Assembly: GCA_050952525.1 (NCBI GenBank)
Contig: JBMNLC010000004.1
Location: 233,862 to 297,861 of the forward strand
DNA: 64,000 nt
Direction: 5' to 3'
Source: Clostridia bacterium
Lineage (GTDB): Bacteria > Bacillota > Clostridia > Christensenellales > JBMNLC01
In this document: piece after piece, positions 18,497 to 28,785 of the stretch
Layout: each line of letters starts with the position of its first letter
Numbering within the stretch: position 1 is the first letter of the stretch
Notes under the pieces: generated by a model
The model's database searches: none
What the model was told of the DNA's origin: nothing
The model's input: the letters and a program-made list of their open reading frames with translations, nothing else
Translations under genes and position numbers: made by a program

Positions 18497-19363
18497 ATGC
18501 GATTTGTGGTTGTCACTGGATTATCAGGAGCAGGCAAAACACAGACATTACGATATATGGAGGATATGGGTTTTTTTTGTATTGACAACTTACCGCCACA
18601 ACTGATACCCAAGTTTGCAGAGTTGTGCTTCCAAACCTCCGGTAATATCGATAAAGTAGCCATTGTCGTGGATATCCGAGGCGGAGAGTTTTTTGATGAT
18701 CTTTCGGAATGTCTGTTTAATCTGAAGAAGGCCGGTTTTCATTATGAGATCCTCTACCTGGATGCTTCCAATGAAGTGCTCATTAAACGGTTTAAGGAAA
18801 CAAGAAGAAGCCATCCGCTGGTGAAGGACGGGAGGCTTCTGGAAGCCATTCAACTGGAAAGGGAGAAGCTGGTATACTTGAGGGAAAGTGCCCATCATGT
18901 GATTGACACCAGTAATCTTCTCACCAGGGAGTTGAAGGAAGTTCTGACGGACCTGTTTATGAATAAGGATGAGTACCGTGGCACTACCATTTCAATTATT
19001 TCCTTCGGCTACAAACGAGGGATACCTTTGGATGCCGATTTGGTTTTTGATGTACGTTTTTTGCCGAACCCTTTTTATATTGACCGTTTGAGGCTTCACT
19101 CCGGAAAAGATGCCGATGTACGGGATTATATTTTTGGTTTCCCTGAAACAAAACAATTCCTGGAAAAATTACACGACATGATAGAGTTCTTACTGCCTTA
19201 TTATGTAAAAGAAGGGAAGAATCAACTGGTCATCGCCATTGGTTGTACAGGCGGTATGCATCGGTCCGTAACAATTGCCGATGCATTGTATGAACTCTTA
19301 AAGAGAAAGGAGCATCATGTTGTAATCGATCACAGGGATATTGAACAGGAAAGGGCCAGGTGA
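18497..19363 (+). CDS. rapZ: RNase adapter protein RapZ (YvcJ-family P-loop NTPase)
   Basis: [10 protein letters not shown] Walker A, FCIDNLP, and C-terminal [10 protein letters not shown]. Confidence 0.92.
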   Translation: MRFVVVTGLSGAGKTQTLRYMEDMGFFCIDNLPPQLIPKFAELCFQTSGNIDKVAIVVDIRGGEFFDDLSECLFNLKKAGFHYEILYLDASNEVLIKRFKETRRSHPLVKDGRLLEAIQLEREKLVYLRESAHHVIDTSNLLTRELKEVLTDLFMNKDEYRGTTISIISFGYKRGIPLDADLVFDVRFLPNPFYIDRLRLHSGKDADVRDYIFGFPETKQFLEKLHDMIEFLLPYYVKEGKNQLVIAIGCTGGMHRSVTIADALYELLKRKEHHVVIDHRDIEQERAR

Positions 19364-19368
19364 ATGAG

Positions 19369-20712
19369 ATGAAATTTCTTGATCGGTGCAGGCCTGGCAT
19401 GGGCATAAAACGATGGCTCTTGGTAGGAATAGCAGGTATTGTCACCGTAAGTATAGGATTGAACCAGTTCATTGAGAGTCCCGACAGTCTTTACCGGGTG
19501 TTTTATTTCGTTTCCGGCAGTTTCTTGGTCATTCTTGGGGGTATCATTATATATATTGCCCTGCGGTATGGTCTTGGCACATTGATTGGTGCCATCTCTG
19601 ACAGCCGGAATATGGCCGGTAGTTTGGAAGGGGATAAGCTTCAAGATCTGATTTATGAAAAGCGGGTACTGGTGAGGAGTCCTAAGATTGTTGTAATAGG
19701 TGGCGGGACAGGGCTTTCGGTCATGCTGAAGGGCTTAAAGCATTATACCTCCAATATTACTGCGGTTGTAACCGTCGCAGATGATGGGGGCGGTTCAGGT
19801 GTGCTTCGCCAGGAGATGGGTATTCTGCCGCCTGGAGACATTCGCAACTGCATTGTCGCATTGGCAAATGTGGAGCCTGTCATGGAACAGCTGCTCCAGT
19901 ACCGTTTTCATGAGGGTGCATTGAGCGGGCAGAGCTTTGGAAACCTTCTGATCGCAGCCATGAGCGATATATCCAACGGATTTGAGGAAGCAATTCAACA
20001 GATCAGCAACGTCCTGGCGGTTACTGGCAGAGTGCTTCCTGTGACTTTGGATGATGTGGTTTTAACGGCAGAACTGGAGGACGGTACGATCATCAAGGGA
20101 GAATCACAAATACCCATCGTTCAGGTACAGAGGAAAAGTAAAATCAAGGAGGTAGCCATTCATCCCTCCGATTGCAAGGCTCTTCCCGATGTGCTGGAAG
20201 CGATTGCAGAGGCAGATGCCGTTATAATAGGACCTGGCAGCTTATACACCAGTATCATTCCGAATCTCCTGGTTAAAGGTGTTGCGGACGCAATACGCCG
20301 TTCGAGTGCAATAAAGATATATGTGGCGAATGTTATGACGCAGCCCGGTGAAACACAGGGGTATGCAGTCCATGATCATATCCATGCCATCCGCCGGCAT
20401 GGCGGTGAGGGCTTGATCGATTATGTCTTGGTCAATAGTAACATGAGGATACCACGAGCATTGCGGCAAAAATACCTGGAAGATGGAGCCGAACCGGTTG
20501 TCTATGACAAAGAAAAGATCGAGAAGCTTGGCATAAAGCTGATCGAAAAGGATCTGTTAAAAGTGACTCCTGATCTTATACGCCATGGATCCAACCGGTT
20601 GGCGGACGCGATTGTGAAACTGGTTTCCGACATTCGTCTTTCCCAAGATCGAAAGAGGTGGGTTGACTTTTACTATATTAACGAACGGATGAAACGGAAC
20701 AGGCCTCATTGA
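19369..20712 (+). CDS. yvcK: YvcK-family (CofD-like, UPF0052) gluconeogenesis/cell-shape factor with an N-terminal membrane region
   Basis: IVVIGGGTGLS, VTVADDGGGSG and GPGSLYTSI motifs. About 100 N-terminal residues contain two hydrophobic helices. ATG 19369 (SD AGGTGA) or GTG 19360. Confidence 0.88.
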   Translation: MKFLDRCRPGMGIKRWLLVGIAGIVTVSIGLNQFIESPDSLYRVFYFVSGSFLVILGGIIIYIALRYGLGTLIGAISDSRNMAGSLEGDKLQDLIYEKRVLVRSPKIVVIGGGTGLSVMLKGLKHYTSNITAVVTVADDGGGSGVLRQEMGILPPGDIRNCIVALANVEPVMEQLLQYRFHEGALSGQSFGNLLIAAMSDISNGFEEAIQQISNVLAVTGRVLPVTLDDVVLTAELEDGTIIKGESQIPIVQVQRKSKIKEVAIHPSDCKALPDVLEAIAEADAVIIGPGSLYTSIIPNLLVKGVADAIRRSSAIKIYVANVMTQPGETQGYAVHDHIHAIRRHGGEGLIDYVLVNSNMRIPRALRQKYLEDGAEPVVYDKEKIEKLGIKLIEKDLLKVTPDLIRHGSNRLADAIVKLVSDIRLSQDRKRWVDFYYINERMKRNRPH

Positions 20713-20780
20713 TAGATTATTAATTTACCTCTCGTATTTTCATATGGCAGGAATATTATCAATAGAAATGAGGGAGGACA

Positions 20781-21743
20781 ATGTCATTTTCATCTAGAGT
20801 GAAGAATGAGTTAGCCCGAACAGAGGCCAAACGGAATTGCTGTCAGCTGGCAGAGCTGGCTGCCCTTGTTCATTTGAACGGTACCATCCAAATCAACGCT
20901 CCTGGTAAAGTGAATCTTAGGATAAGTACAGAAAACGCAGCTACCGCAAGGCGGATTTTTTCCCTCCTGAAGAGGCGATATCAGATAAAAACTGAGGTGA
21001 TGGTGCGAAAGAACCGGCGGTTGAGAAAGCGTTACAGCTATATGCTGGTGATCCCCCATGAAAAAGGTTCCTTGGAAATACTGAGGGATTTCGGTATTCT
21101 GAAGGGTGAACCCGGGAAAGGAATAGAAATGGTGACAAGCATTAAACCTGAACTTATCCAAAATGAGTGCTGCAAGAGAGCTTTGCTGAGGGGTGCCTTT
21201 CTTGGAGCCGGATCAGTCAGTGATCCGGAAAAAACATATCATTTGGAGTTTGTCGCACATCATGGGGATTTTGCAGAAGATCTATGCAACCTGTTGAATT
21301 TTTTTGAATTAAACGCAAAGATTGTACTGCGAAAAGGCAAATATATGGTATACTTAAAGGAAGGCGAACACATCGTTGAACTGTTCAGCCTTATTGGAGC
21401 TCATTCCGCGCTTTTGGAATTGGAGAACGTGCGAATCTATAAGGATGTTCGAAATAATGTGAACCGTATTGTGAACTGCGAAACGGCTAATCTTGAGAAG
21501 ATCGTAAACGCTTCTTATAGACAGATTGAGAATATAAAGTATATCCGTGATCACATGGGTTTTCATAAATTGCCTCCTGCTTTGCGAGAGATTGCGGAGT
21601 TGCGCCTTAATCATACGGAGGCCAGTCTAAGGGAGCTTGGTGCGATGCTATCCCCTGCAATAGGGAAATCAGGTGTAAACCACCGGCTTAGAAAGCTGGA
21701 TAAGATTGCTCATGATCTAAAGGTGAAAAAGGGGGAAATTTAA
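20781..21743 (+). CDS. whiA: DNA-binding protein WhiA
   Basis: MSFSSRVKNEL...CC N-terminus, LAGLIDADG-like middle and a C-terminal HTH (SGVNHRLRKL). Confidence 0.93.
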   Translation: MSFSSRVKNELARTEAKRNCCQLAELAALVHLNGTIQINAPGKVNLRISTENAATARRIFSLLKRRYQIKTEVMVRKNRRLRKRYSYMLVIPHEKGSLEILRDFGILKGEPGKGIEMVTSIKPELIQNECCKRALLRGAFLGAGSVSDPEKTYHLEFVAHHGDFAEDLCNLLNFFELNAKIVLRKGKYMVYLKEGEHIVELFSLIGAHSALLELENVRIYKDVRNNVNRIVNCETANLEKIVNASYRQIENIKYIRDHMGFHKLPPALREIAELRLNHTEASLRELGAMLSPAIGKSGVNHRLRKLDKIAHDLKVKKGEI

Positions 21744-22024
21744 TGCTGCGGAAAGAATTTAAAATTGTTCATGAGGAAGGTTTGCGTGCCCGTCCGGCCG
21801 CTTTATTTGTCCAAGTAGCCAGTAAATTTACCGCTCAGATATGGATCGAACAAGGGGATAAGAAGGTTAATGCAAAGAGCATCATGGGGGTTCTTTCCTT
21901 AGGCGTTTCCAAAGACGACACCATTCAACTGGTTGCCAACGGCGAAGATGAGAAAGAGGCTATGGACGCAATGGAGACCCTTATCATGAACAATTTCGAG
22001 AATACTGAAGAAATTCTTTCATGA
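21743..22024 (+). CDS. crh: HPr-like phosphocarrier protein, Crh type (Ser46 present, residue 15 is Arg instead of His)
   Basis: 93 aa. GLRARPA at 13-19 where HPr has G(I/L)HARPA, and KSIMGV with Ser at position 46. Sits in the yvcJ-yvcK-whiA-crh position known from Bacillus. Confidence 0.75.
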   Translation: MLRKEFKIVHEEGLRARPAALFVQVASKFTAQIWIEQGDKKVNAKSIMGVLSLGVSKDDTIQLVANGEDEKEAMDAMETLIMNNFENTEEILS

Positions 22025-22062
22025 AATAAACTCTTGCAGTAGGCATAATCATGACAGAAAGC

Positions 22063-22090
22063 AAAAGGCACCTATGGGTGCTTTTTTCTT
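22063..22090 (+). terminator. Rho-independent terminator after crh
   Basis: aaaaggcacc / ggtgctttt stem, 4-nt loop, T-run. Confidence 0.75.
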
Positions 22091-22121
22091 TTGTCAAGGG
22101 AATGGACCATCTAAGGACAAG

Positions 22122-22150
22122 TTGCCTGATGAAAAAAAGAATGGTAAAAT
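22122..22150 (+). promoter_or_regulatory. Candidate sigma-A promoter for dnaE
   Basis: TTGCCT (22122-22127), 17-nt spacer ending in TGg, TAAAAT (22145-22150). Confidence 0.5.
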
Positions 22151-22244
22151 CGATTTGATAGAGACGTAGAAGATCCTATAAAACCAGGCCATGTTGACTG
22201 CATGATTGGCTGTTTGATGAGTTCAAAATAAGGAGATGCAGAGT

Positions 22245-25200
22245 ATGGAGAGTTTTGTCCATTTGCATACCCATACGGAATACAGTCTTTTGGATGGAGC
22301 TGCCCGAATCACGAGGCTACTGGATAAATGCAGTGAGCTGGGAATGGACAGCATTGCCATTACTGATCACGGCGCTATGTATGGCGTGATCGATTTTTAC
22401 CAGGAAGCTCAAAAAAGAGGGATAAGGCCTATCATCGGGTGTGAGGTGTATGTTGCACCCCGTTCCATGGATGACAAGCAGGCTCAAAAAGATAAGGATT
22501 ATGCCCACCTGGTTTTGCTGGCTGAAAACAACGAAGGATATCAAAATCTTGTAAAGCTGGTTTCCTTGGGTTTTACCCGTGGCTTCTATTATAAGCCACG
22601 AATCGATTATCAGATCCTTCAGGAATATAGTCGGGGGCTTATCGGTCTTTCGGCCTGTTTGGCGGGGGATATCCCCAAATTCATTCTGGAAGGTCAATAT
22701 GAAAAGGCCATTGAACTGGCTGTTACACTAAACAATATTTTCGGTCAGGGCAATTTTTTTATTGAAATACAGGATCATGGACTGAGGGAACAGCAGCGGG
22801 TTAATCCTGATTTGATTCGCCTAAGTCAGGAAACAGGCATACCCTTGGTTGCTACCAATGATGTGCATTATGTGGAGCGGAACGATGCCGAAGCCCATGA
22901 GATCCTGCTGTGTATTCAAACAGGCAAGACCCTTGACGATGACAATCGGATGCGTTTTGAAACGGCGGAATTCTATCTGAAATCTCCTCAGGAAATGATC
23001 GATTTATTTGCTTATTGCCCCCAGGCCATTACGAACACTATAGAAATTGCAAAGCGCTGTGAGGTGACCTTTGATTTTAACACCCTTCACCTTCCTGCTT
23101 TTGATGTGCCTGCCGATACCAGCCCTTCCGAATACCTCCGGGAGTTGTGTTACGCAGGATTGAAGAAAAAGCACGAGAATATCACGCCGGAGCTTAAAGA
23201 TCGGTTGGAATATGAATTGTCCACCATTGAGCAGATGGGGTACGTGGATTATTTCCTGATCGTCTGGGATTTTATCAGATATGCCAAGGAGCACGGGATC
23301 ATGGTAGGACCCGGAAGAGGAAGTGCGGCTGGCAGCTTGGTGGCCTATACCCTGGACATAACCGAGATTGATCCTTTGAAGTACAATCTGTTATTTGAAC
23401 GCTTCTTAAATCCGGAAAGGATCAGTATGCCGGATATCGATATCGATTTCTGCTACGAGAGACGCCAGGAAGTGATTGATTATGTAGTAGAGAAGTACGG
23501 GAAGGATCGGGTAGCTCAGATTATCACCTTTGGTACCATGGCTGCCCGAGCGGCTATCCGGGATGTGGGCAGGGCTTTGAACATGCCCTATGGTGAAGTG
23601 GATCAGATTGCCAAAATGGTTCCCTTTGAACTGGGCATGACCATTGACAGGGCCCTCCAATTGAATAGTGAGCTGCGGCAGATTTATGAAGAGAATTACC
23701 AGGTGAAAAAACTGATTGATATGGCAAGAACCCTCGAGGGTTTACCGAGGCATGCGTCTACCCATGCGGCCGGAGTGGTGATATCGAAGCATCCCTTGAC
23801 GGAGTATGTACCGCTCCAGATGAATGAGGACAGTATTACCACCCAATTCTCAATGGGAATACTGGAACAGCTGGGCCTTCTGAAGATGGATTTTCTGGGT
23901 TTGCGGACGCTAACGGTTATCCGCGATACCCTTGAGCTGATTCGCCGGAATAAGAGTCTTTCCATCGATATTCATACAATCCCCCTTGATGATTCCAACG
24001 TGTACAATATGTTAAGTCAAGGGGATACGGACGGTGTCTTTCAATTGGAAAGTGCCGGAATGCGGCAGTTTATGAAGGAACTGAAACCGGACAATTTTGA
24101 AGATATCATCGCCGGCATCTCCCTGTACCGGCCGGGGCCTATGGATCAAATCCCCCGCTATATTGCCGGTAAAAATAATCCTGAACGAATCGAATATCTT
24201 CACCCCCTTCTGGAGAAGACCTTAAAGGTCACGTATGGCTGCATGGTCTACCAGGAGCAGGTCATGCAAATCGTAAGGGATCTGGCAGGCTATTCTCTTG
24301 GACGCTCTGATCTTGTAAGAAGGGCAATGGCCAAGAAAAAGAAGGATGTCATGGAGAAGGAACGGGAGTATTTTATTTACGGCCTTGTAGAGGACGGAAA
24401 GCTTGTTGTTCCTGGAGCGATCCGCAGAGGTGTGCCTGAGGGTGTTGCCAATAAGATATTTGATGAGATGATGGACTTTGCCGAATATGCTTTCAATAAG
24501 TCCCATGCGGCGGCATACGGTGTGGTAGCTTATCAGACAGCCTGGTTAAAATATTACTATCCCGTCGAATATATGGCGGCGCTGATGACCAGCTTTTTAG
24601 GCAACAGCGATAAGATTGCTGCATATATTCAGTCCTGTAAGAAGATGGGCATACAGGTTCTGCCGCCGGACATTAATAAGAGTTATGCAAAGTTTACCGT
24701 CGAGGGGAACGGCATCCGCTTTGGGCTTGCAGCTGTAAAAAATGTTGGGTATAATGCTATTCAGGCCATCATAGGAGCCAGGGAGCAAAAAGGAACTTTT
24801 GCGGATTTCTATGATTTCTGCGGGAAGGTTGAACTGGAGACGCTGAATAAGAGGATGGTCGAGAGTTTGATCAAAGCAGGAGCCTTTGATGGCATGGGAG
24901 CGAAGCGGTCGCAGCTGATGGCTGTCTATGAAAAGGTTATGGACGGTGTTTTGCAAAGCCAGAAAAGGAACATAGACGGTCAAGTATCTTTGTTTGATAT
25001 GGCATTAGCAGAGAACAAAGAGATTGCTCCTTTTTCTGTCCCCCTGCCGGATTTGAAGGAATTTCCCCAAAAAATGCTGTTGTCCATGGAGAAAGAAGTG
25101 ACCGGCGTGTATATCAGCGGTCACCCTTTGGATGAGTATAAAGAGTATTTGGAGAGTTTACCGGTAAATACCCTGGATATCATGGGAAGCGCCTCTTATC

Positions 25201-25745
25201 AGGACGATGAAGAGTTCGAGACAGGAAATATAGAGCTCCACGGGAAGGTTTCGGATGGACAGCCTGTGGTGATTGGTGGAATCATCGTTGAAAAGAAGGT
25301 CAAGGCAACAAAGAACAACAAAATGATGGCTTTTGCTACCATTGAGGATCTTTACGGTACGATTGAAATGATTATATTCCCAACTGTTTACCAGAGAGCT
25401 TCTAAGATGCTGGAAACCGATAACGTGGTTCTTGTTCAGGGCAAGGTCAGCATGCGGGAGGACGAGGAGCCTAAAATCCTTTGTGACGATATTAAGCCCC
25501 TGGTCCTTACTGACAGGAACAAAAAGCTCTATTTGAAGGTGCCTTCCGGACAGGGGGAGATCGTCAGTGAATTGATTACCCCCATTCTTAGCAAATATAA
25601 GGGAAACATTCCTGTTTATATGTACATGGAGGAAAAAAGGAAAAACTATTTAGCAAATAAAGAATTGTGGGTTTCAGGCGAAGAGAAGCTCATTAATGAA
25701 TTAAGGGCCGTCCTGGGCGCAGAGTGCGTTAAGCTCCTGGGCTGA
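22245..25745 (+). CDS. dnaE: DNA polymerase III subunit alpha (DnaE type)
   Basis: PHP N-terminus FVHLHTHTEYSLLDG, polymerase core (PDIDIDF), OB fold at the C-terminus. ATG 22245 lies 9 nt after AGGAG. Confidence 0.95.
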   Translation: MESFVHLHTHTEYSLLDGAARITRLLDKCSELGMDSIAITDHGAMYGVIDFYQEAQKRGIRPIIGCEVYVAPRSMDDKQAQKDKDYAHLVLLAENNEGYQNLVKLVSLGFTRGFYYKPRIDYQILQEYSRGLIGLSACLAGDIPKFILEGQYEKAIELAVTLNNIFGQGNFFIEIQDHGLREQQRVNPDLIRLSQETGIPLVATNDVHYVERNDAEAHEILLCIQTGKTLDDDNRMRFETAEFYLKSPQEMIDLFAYCPQAITNTIEIAKRCEVTFDFNTLHLPAFDVPADTSPSEYLRELCYAGLKKKHENITPELKDRLEYELSTIEQMGYVDYFLIVWDFIRYAKEHGIMVGPGRGSAAGSLVAYTLDITEIDPLKYNLLFERFLNPERISMPDIDIDFCYERRQEVIDYVVEKYGKDRVAQIITFGTMAARAAIRDVGRALNMPYGEVDQIAKMVPFELGMTIDRALQLNSELRQIYEENYQVKKLIDMARTLEGLPRHASTHAAGVVISKHPLTEYVPLQMNEDSITTQFSMGILEQLGLLKMDFLGLRTLTVIRDTLELIRRNKSLSIDIHTIPLDDSNVYNMLSQGDTDGVFQLESAGMRQFMKELKPDNFEDIIAGISLYRPGPMDQIPRYIAGKNNPERIEYLHPLLEKTLKVTYGCMVYQEQVMQIVRDLAGYSLGRSDLVRRAMAKKKKDVMEKEREYFIYGLVEDGKLVVPGAIRRGVPEGVANKIFDEMMDFAEYAFNKSHAAAYGVVAYQTAWLKYYYPVEYMAALMTSFLGNSDKIAAYIQSCKKMGIQVLPPDINKSYAKFTVEGNGIRFGLAAVKNVGYNAIQAIIGAREQKGTFADFYDFCGKVELETLNKRMVESLIKAGAFDGMGAKRSQLMAVYEKVMDGVLQSQKRNIDGQVSLFDMALAENKEIAPFSVPLPDLKEFPQKMLLSMEKEVTGVYISGHPLDEYKEYLESLPVNTLDIMGSASYQDDEEFETGNIELHGKVSDGQPVVIGGIIVEKKVKATKNNKMMAFATIEDLYGTIEMIIFPTVYQRASKMLETDNVVLVQGKVSMREDEEPKILCDDIKPLVLTDRNKKLYLKVPSGQGEIVSELITPILSKYKGNIPVYMYMEEKRKNYLANKELWVSGEEKLINELRAVLGAECVKLLG

Positions 25746-25841
25746 TCCGGACAGGTGCTTAATGAATGGATCTCCGAGACAGGCAGGAGTGAATTTACTT
25801 AGTGTAAAATTACTTTGGGAAAAAACCAAAAAATAAAAGAT

Positions 25842-25912
25842 AAGAGTATCTCTCCTGTGATATCATGTAATTTGTGAAGAACCACAATAATCACAGGAAA
25901 GGAGATACTCTT
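25842..25912 (+). promoter_or_regulatory. Stem-loop that sequesters the transposase RBS
   Basis: aagagtatctctcctgtga (25842-25860) pairs with tcacaggaaaggagatactctt (25891-25912), which contains the GGAGA Shine-Dalgarno directly before ATG 25913. Confidence 0.55.
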
Positions 25913-27301
25913 ATGGAACTAATTATACAGGGAATCATAGAAAAAATCAGCAGTAGTTTTGAAAAGGAACTAGAGAATCTGATACGTGAAAGAAGAGGCA
26001 TATCCGAATTTATTCTAGCTACTAAGAAGACGTTGGACGAGATTGGAATAACCCTAGTGGCCGAAGCCTTGGAAACAATAGACGAGGCGTATAGAAACAG
26101 TAAAGACCGGAAACGAAACTGGACAGTAAAGGAGAAAGCAGCTGAAAAGACCCTTATGACAATATTTGGCGAAGTCAGGTATGAAAGGACATATTACAAG
26201 AATAAAAAGACAGGCGAATACAGCTACCTGTCAGATGAGGCTGTGGGCATAAAAGCCCATGATAAAATGGATGCTTCACTAAAGGCAAGGCTCATAGAGG
26301 GAGCAGTATTTATGCCCTATAGTAGGAGTGCAAAGGAAGCAGCTGAAGCTGTGGATCTAACATCACAGACAGTAATGAACAGTATCCGTGAGCTTGGCAG
26401 TGTAGACAATGACGCAGTAGAGGTTAAGCAAGATAAAAAGGCGGTAAAGGTACTGTACATAGGAGCTGATGAAGATCATGTACCACTTCAGACTGGGGGC
26501 TACGCAGAACCAAAGCTTGTATATGTACATGAGGGTAGGGAACAGGATGGGGAAAATCGGTGGAGGTTAATAAATGCAAGGTATTTCAGCGGTATTTATG
26601 CAAACAGTGATGAGCTATGGGTGGAAGTTTTGGACTACATAGATAAGACTTAAGATATGGATTCTATTGAAAAGATATACCTATCAGGGGATGGTGCTGC
26701 ATGGATAAAGAATGGACTAGGCTGGATAAAGGGCAGCATCTTTGTACTGGACCGTTATCACTTATCAAAGTATGTAACTCAAGCTACGGCGCAAATGGGC
26801 TACACCACACCAATTATGTGGGATTATATAAATGCTGGAGACAAGGGAAGAGTAAAAGAGCTATTTAAAGCAATCATAAGTACAACTGAGCCGGAAACAA
26901 AGAAGAGAGCTGTGCAGGAAGCAAGAAGATATATACTAGGCAACTGGGAAGGGATAATGCGGCAGTATGCGTCGGATTACATCGGCTGCAGTGCAGAAGG
27001 TCATGTTAGCCATATCTTGTCGTCCAGGTTAAGCTCACGGGCTCTGGGCTGGAGTAGAACGGGTGTGGACCAGATGGCCAGGTTAAGGGTCTTTGTAGCG
27101 AATGGCGGAGATGTGTATGACATATTTATGCGAAAGAAAAAAGCAGCAATAAATGAAGCAAGTGAGGTAAAAGTAGACCGGGAGATTATCAGGAAGAGAA
27201 AGCTTACAGCATCGCGCGAAACCATCGGTAACATAACCATTTTGAATATTGGCAAAAGGACTTGGGCTTCCCAGTTCCTTAAGTCAGTGAGGGATGCTTA
27301 A
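25913..27301 (+). pseudogene. ISLre2-family transposase interrupted by one in-frame TAA (26651-26653)
   Basis: ORFs 25913-26653 and 26657-27301 share a frame: ...YIDKT * DMDSIEKIYLSGDGAAWIK. Motifs IGADEDHV and GDGAAWI resemble the family's catalytic acidic residues. Confidence 0.8.
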
Positions 27302-27440
27302 AGTAGCAGGTAAACAGGAGATTACTTTTATTTTTAAAACCCATAGTATCTTGACGCTATCCTCTCTTGAAATAGGCTTGAGGATTAGTTGGGAAGATGA
27401 TAAGATATACGAGTGTACATAAAAAGAGAGGACGAAATAC

Positions 27441-28715
27441 ATGAAGAAGCAACATCCGATGATCGAAACCTTATTAAGACTGAAAGGAAACCCAAGAGCC
27501 TGCGTATATACGGAACCCCTGTGGGGCATTCCTTTTAATCTGTATGCACCATATGTATCCCTATATATGTATGCCCTGGGTGTGAATGACGTTCAAATTG
27601 GCCTGGTGACCTCCATTGGCATGGTTTTTCAGATTCTGTTTGCCTTTCTGGGTGGAGCTATTACCGATAAACTGGGGCGAAAAAGGACAACCTTTATTTT
27701 TGATATTATCAGCTGGAGTATTCCCTGTCTGATTTGGGCGTTCGCCCAGAATTTTGTTTTTTTTGTGGTTGCAGCCATCATCAACAGCACGTGGCGGGTA
27801 ACCTCCAATTCCTGGATGTGCCTGATGGTGGAGGATGCAGATCAGGACAAGCTGGTGGGTATCTATGCATGGGTGTACATATCAGGGCTTCTGGCAGCAT
27901 TCTTTTCACCCATTGCCCGATTTTTTATAGAACGGTATGAACTGGTGCCCACAGTGAGGGTTCTGTATCTGGTGGCTTTTATTATGATGACATCAAAATT
28001 TGTTATCCTGAATCGGTATTGTACCGAAACCCGTCAGGGGCGGATTCGGATGGCAGAAACCCGAAACCAGAGCATTTTTTCTATCCTGGGACAATACGGC
28101 GGGGTTTTGAAAAAATTGATCCATTCACCCGCTACCTTGCTGACAATGGGGATCATGGTGGTCATGAACATCTGTAACACCGTCAATGGAGCCTTCTGGC
28201 CCATTATGGTCACCCAGCGGCTTCGAATTCCCGTTGAGAATGTAGCGATATTTCCTGCAGTGAAGTCTGGCATCATGCTGCTTTTGTATTTCTTTTTGGT
28301 ACCCCGCCTCAGTGCACTGAAATTCAAGAAGCCTATGCTTTTGGGATTCGGCATGTTTATCGCCAGTCAGCTGTTGCTCATATCCATTCCTGAACAAGGA
28401 TATCTGCTTCTGCTGGTCAGTGTGTTCCTGGAAGCTTGCAGTCTGTCTCTCATCAGTCCCCTGATGGATTCCTTGTCCGTCATCATGGTGGATGCCCGGG
28501 AGAGGGCACGGATTATGGCAATTTTGCATGTGGTCATTATCGCTTTTGTCTCTCCCTTTGGATGGATAGCCGGTGTTCTGTCGGAGTTGAACCGGGCACT
28601 ACCTTTCATCATGAACATTTTCCTGTTTGCATTAGGCGGCATATTTACCTATTATGCTTCTCGTGTAGTAAATGGAAAGAAGTCAGCTGTGGATGCCACC
28701 GATATGGGAGCCTGA
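27441..28715 (+). CDS. MFS transporter
   Basis: 424 aa, about 12 hydrophobic segments, loop motif GAITDKLGRKRT between TM2 and TM3. Confidence 0.85.
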   Translation: MKKQHPMIETLLRLKGNPRACVYTEPLWGIPFNLYAPYVSLYMYALGVNDVQIGLVTSIGMVFQILFAFLGGAITDKLGRKRTTFIFDIISWSIPCLIWAFAQNFVFFVVAAIINSTWRVTSNSWMCLMVEDADQDKLVGIYAWVYISGLLAAFFSPIARFFIERYELVPTVRVLYLVAFIMMTSKFVILNRYCTETRQGRIRMAETRNQSIFSILGQYGGVLKKLIHSPATLLTMGIMVVMNICNTVNGAFWPIMVTQRLRIPVENVAIFPAVKSGIMLLLYFFLVPRLSALKFKKPMLLGFGMFIASQLLLISIPEQGYLLLLVSVFLEACSLSLISPLMDSLSVIMVDARERARIMAILHVVIIAFVSPFGWIAGVLSELNRALPFIMNIFLFALGGIFTYYASRVVNGKKSAVDATDMGA

Positions 28716-28748
28716 CAGAAAGGATGCAGCGATATACAAGCGATATAC

Positions 28749-28785
28749 AATAAGAAAGACAGGTATGCACCTGTCTTTCTTATTT
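28749..28785. terminator. Bidirectional terminator between convergent genes
   Basis: aataagaaagacaggt / acctgtctttcttatt perfect stem, flanked by A-rich (left) and T-rich (right) sequence. Overlaps the stop of the minus-strand gene. Confidence 0.7.

Larger units (their letters stand above)
25817..27342 (+). mobile_element. ISLre2-family insertion sequence (approximate ends)
   Basis: The transposase gene is flanked by loosely inverted ends: ggg..aaaaataaaag..atctcctgt at about 25817-25858, with its reverse complement at about 27310-27342. No clear direct repeat seen. Confidence 0.55.

Noticed and set aside
26651-26653. Programmed recoding (read-through or selenocysteine) at the in-frame stop of the ISLre2 transposase
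   Set aside because: The codon is TAA, not TGA. I saw no SECIS-like or slippery context. A simple nonsense mutation or sequencing error is more economical.
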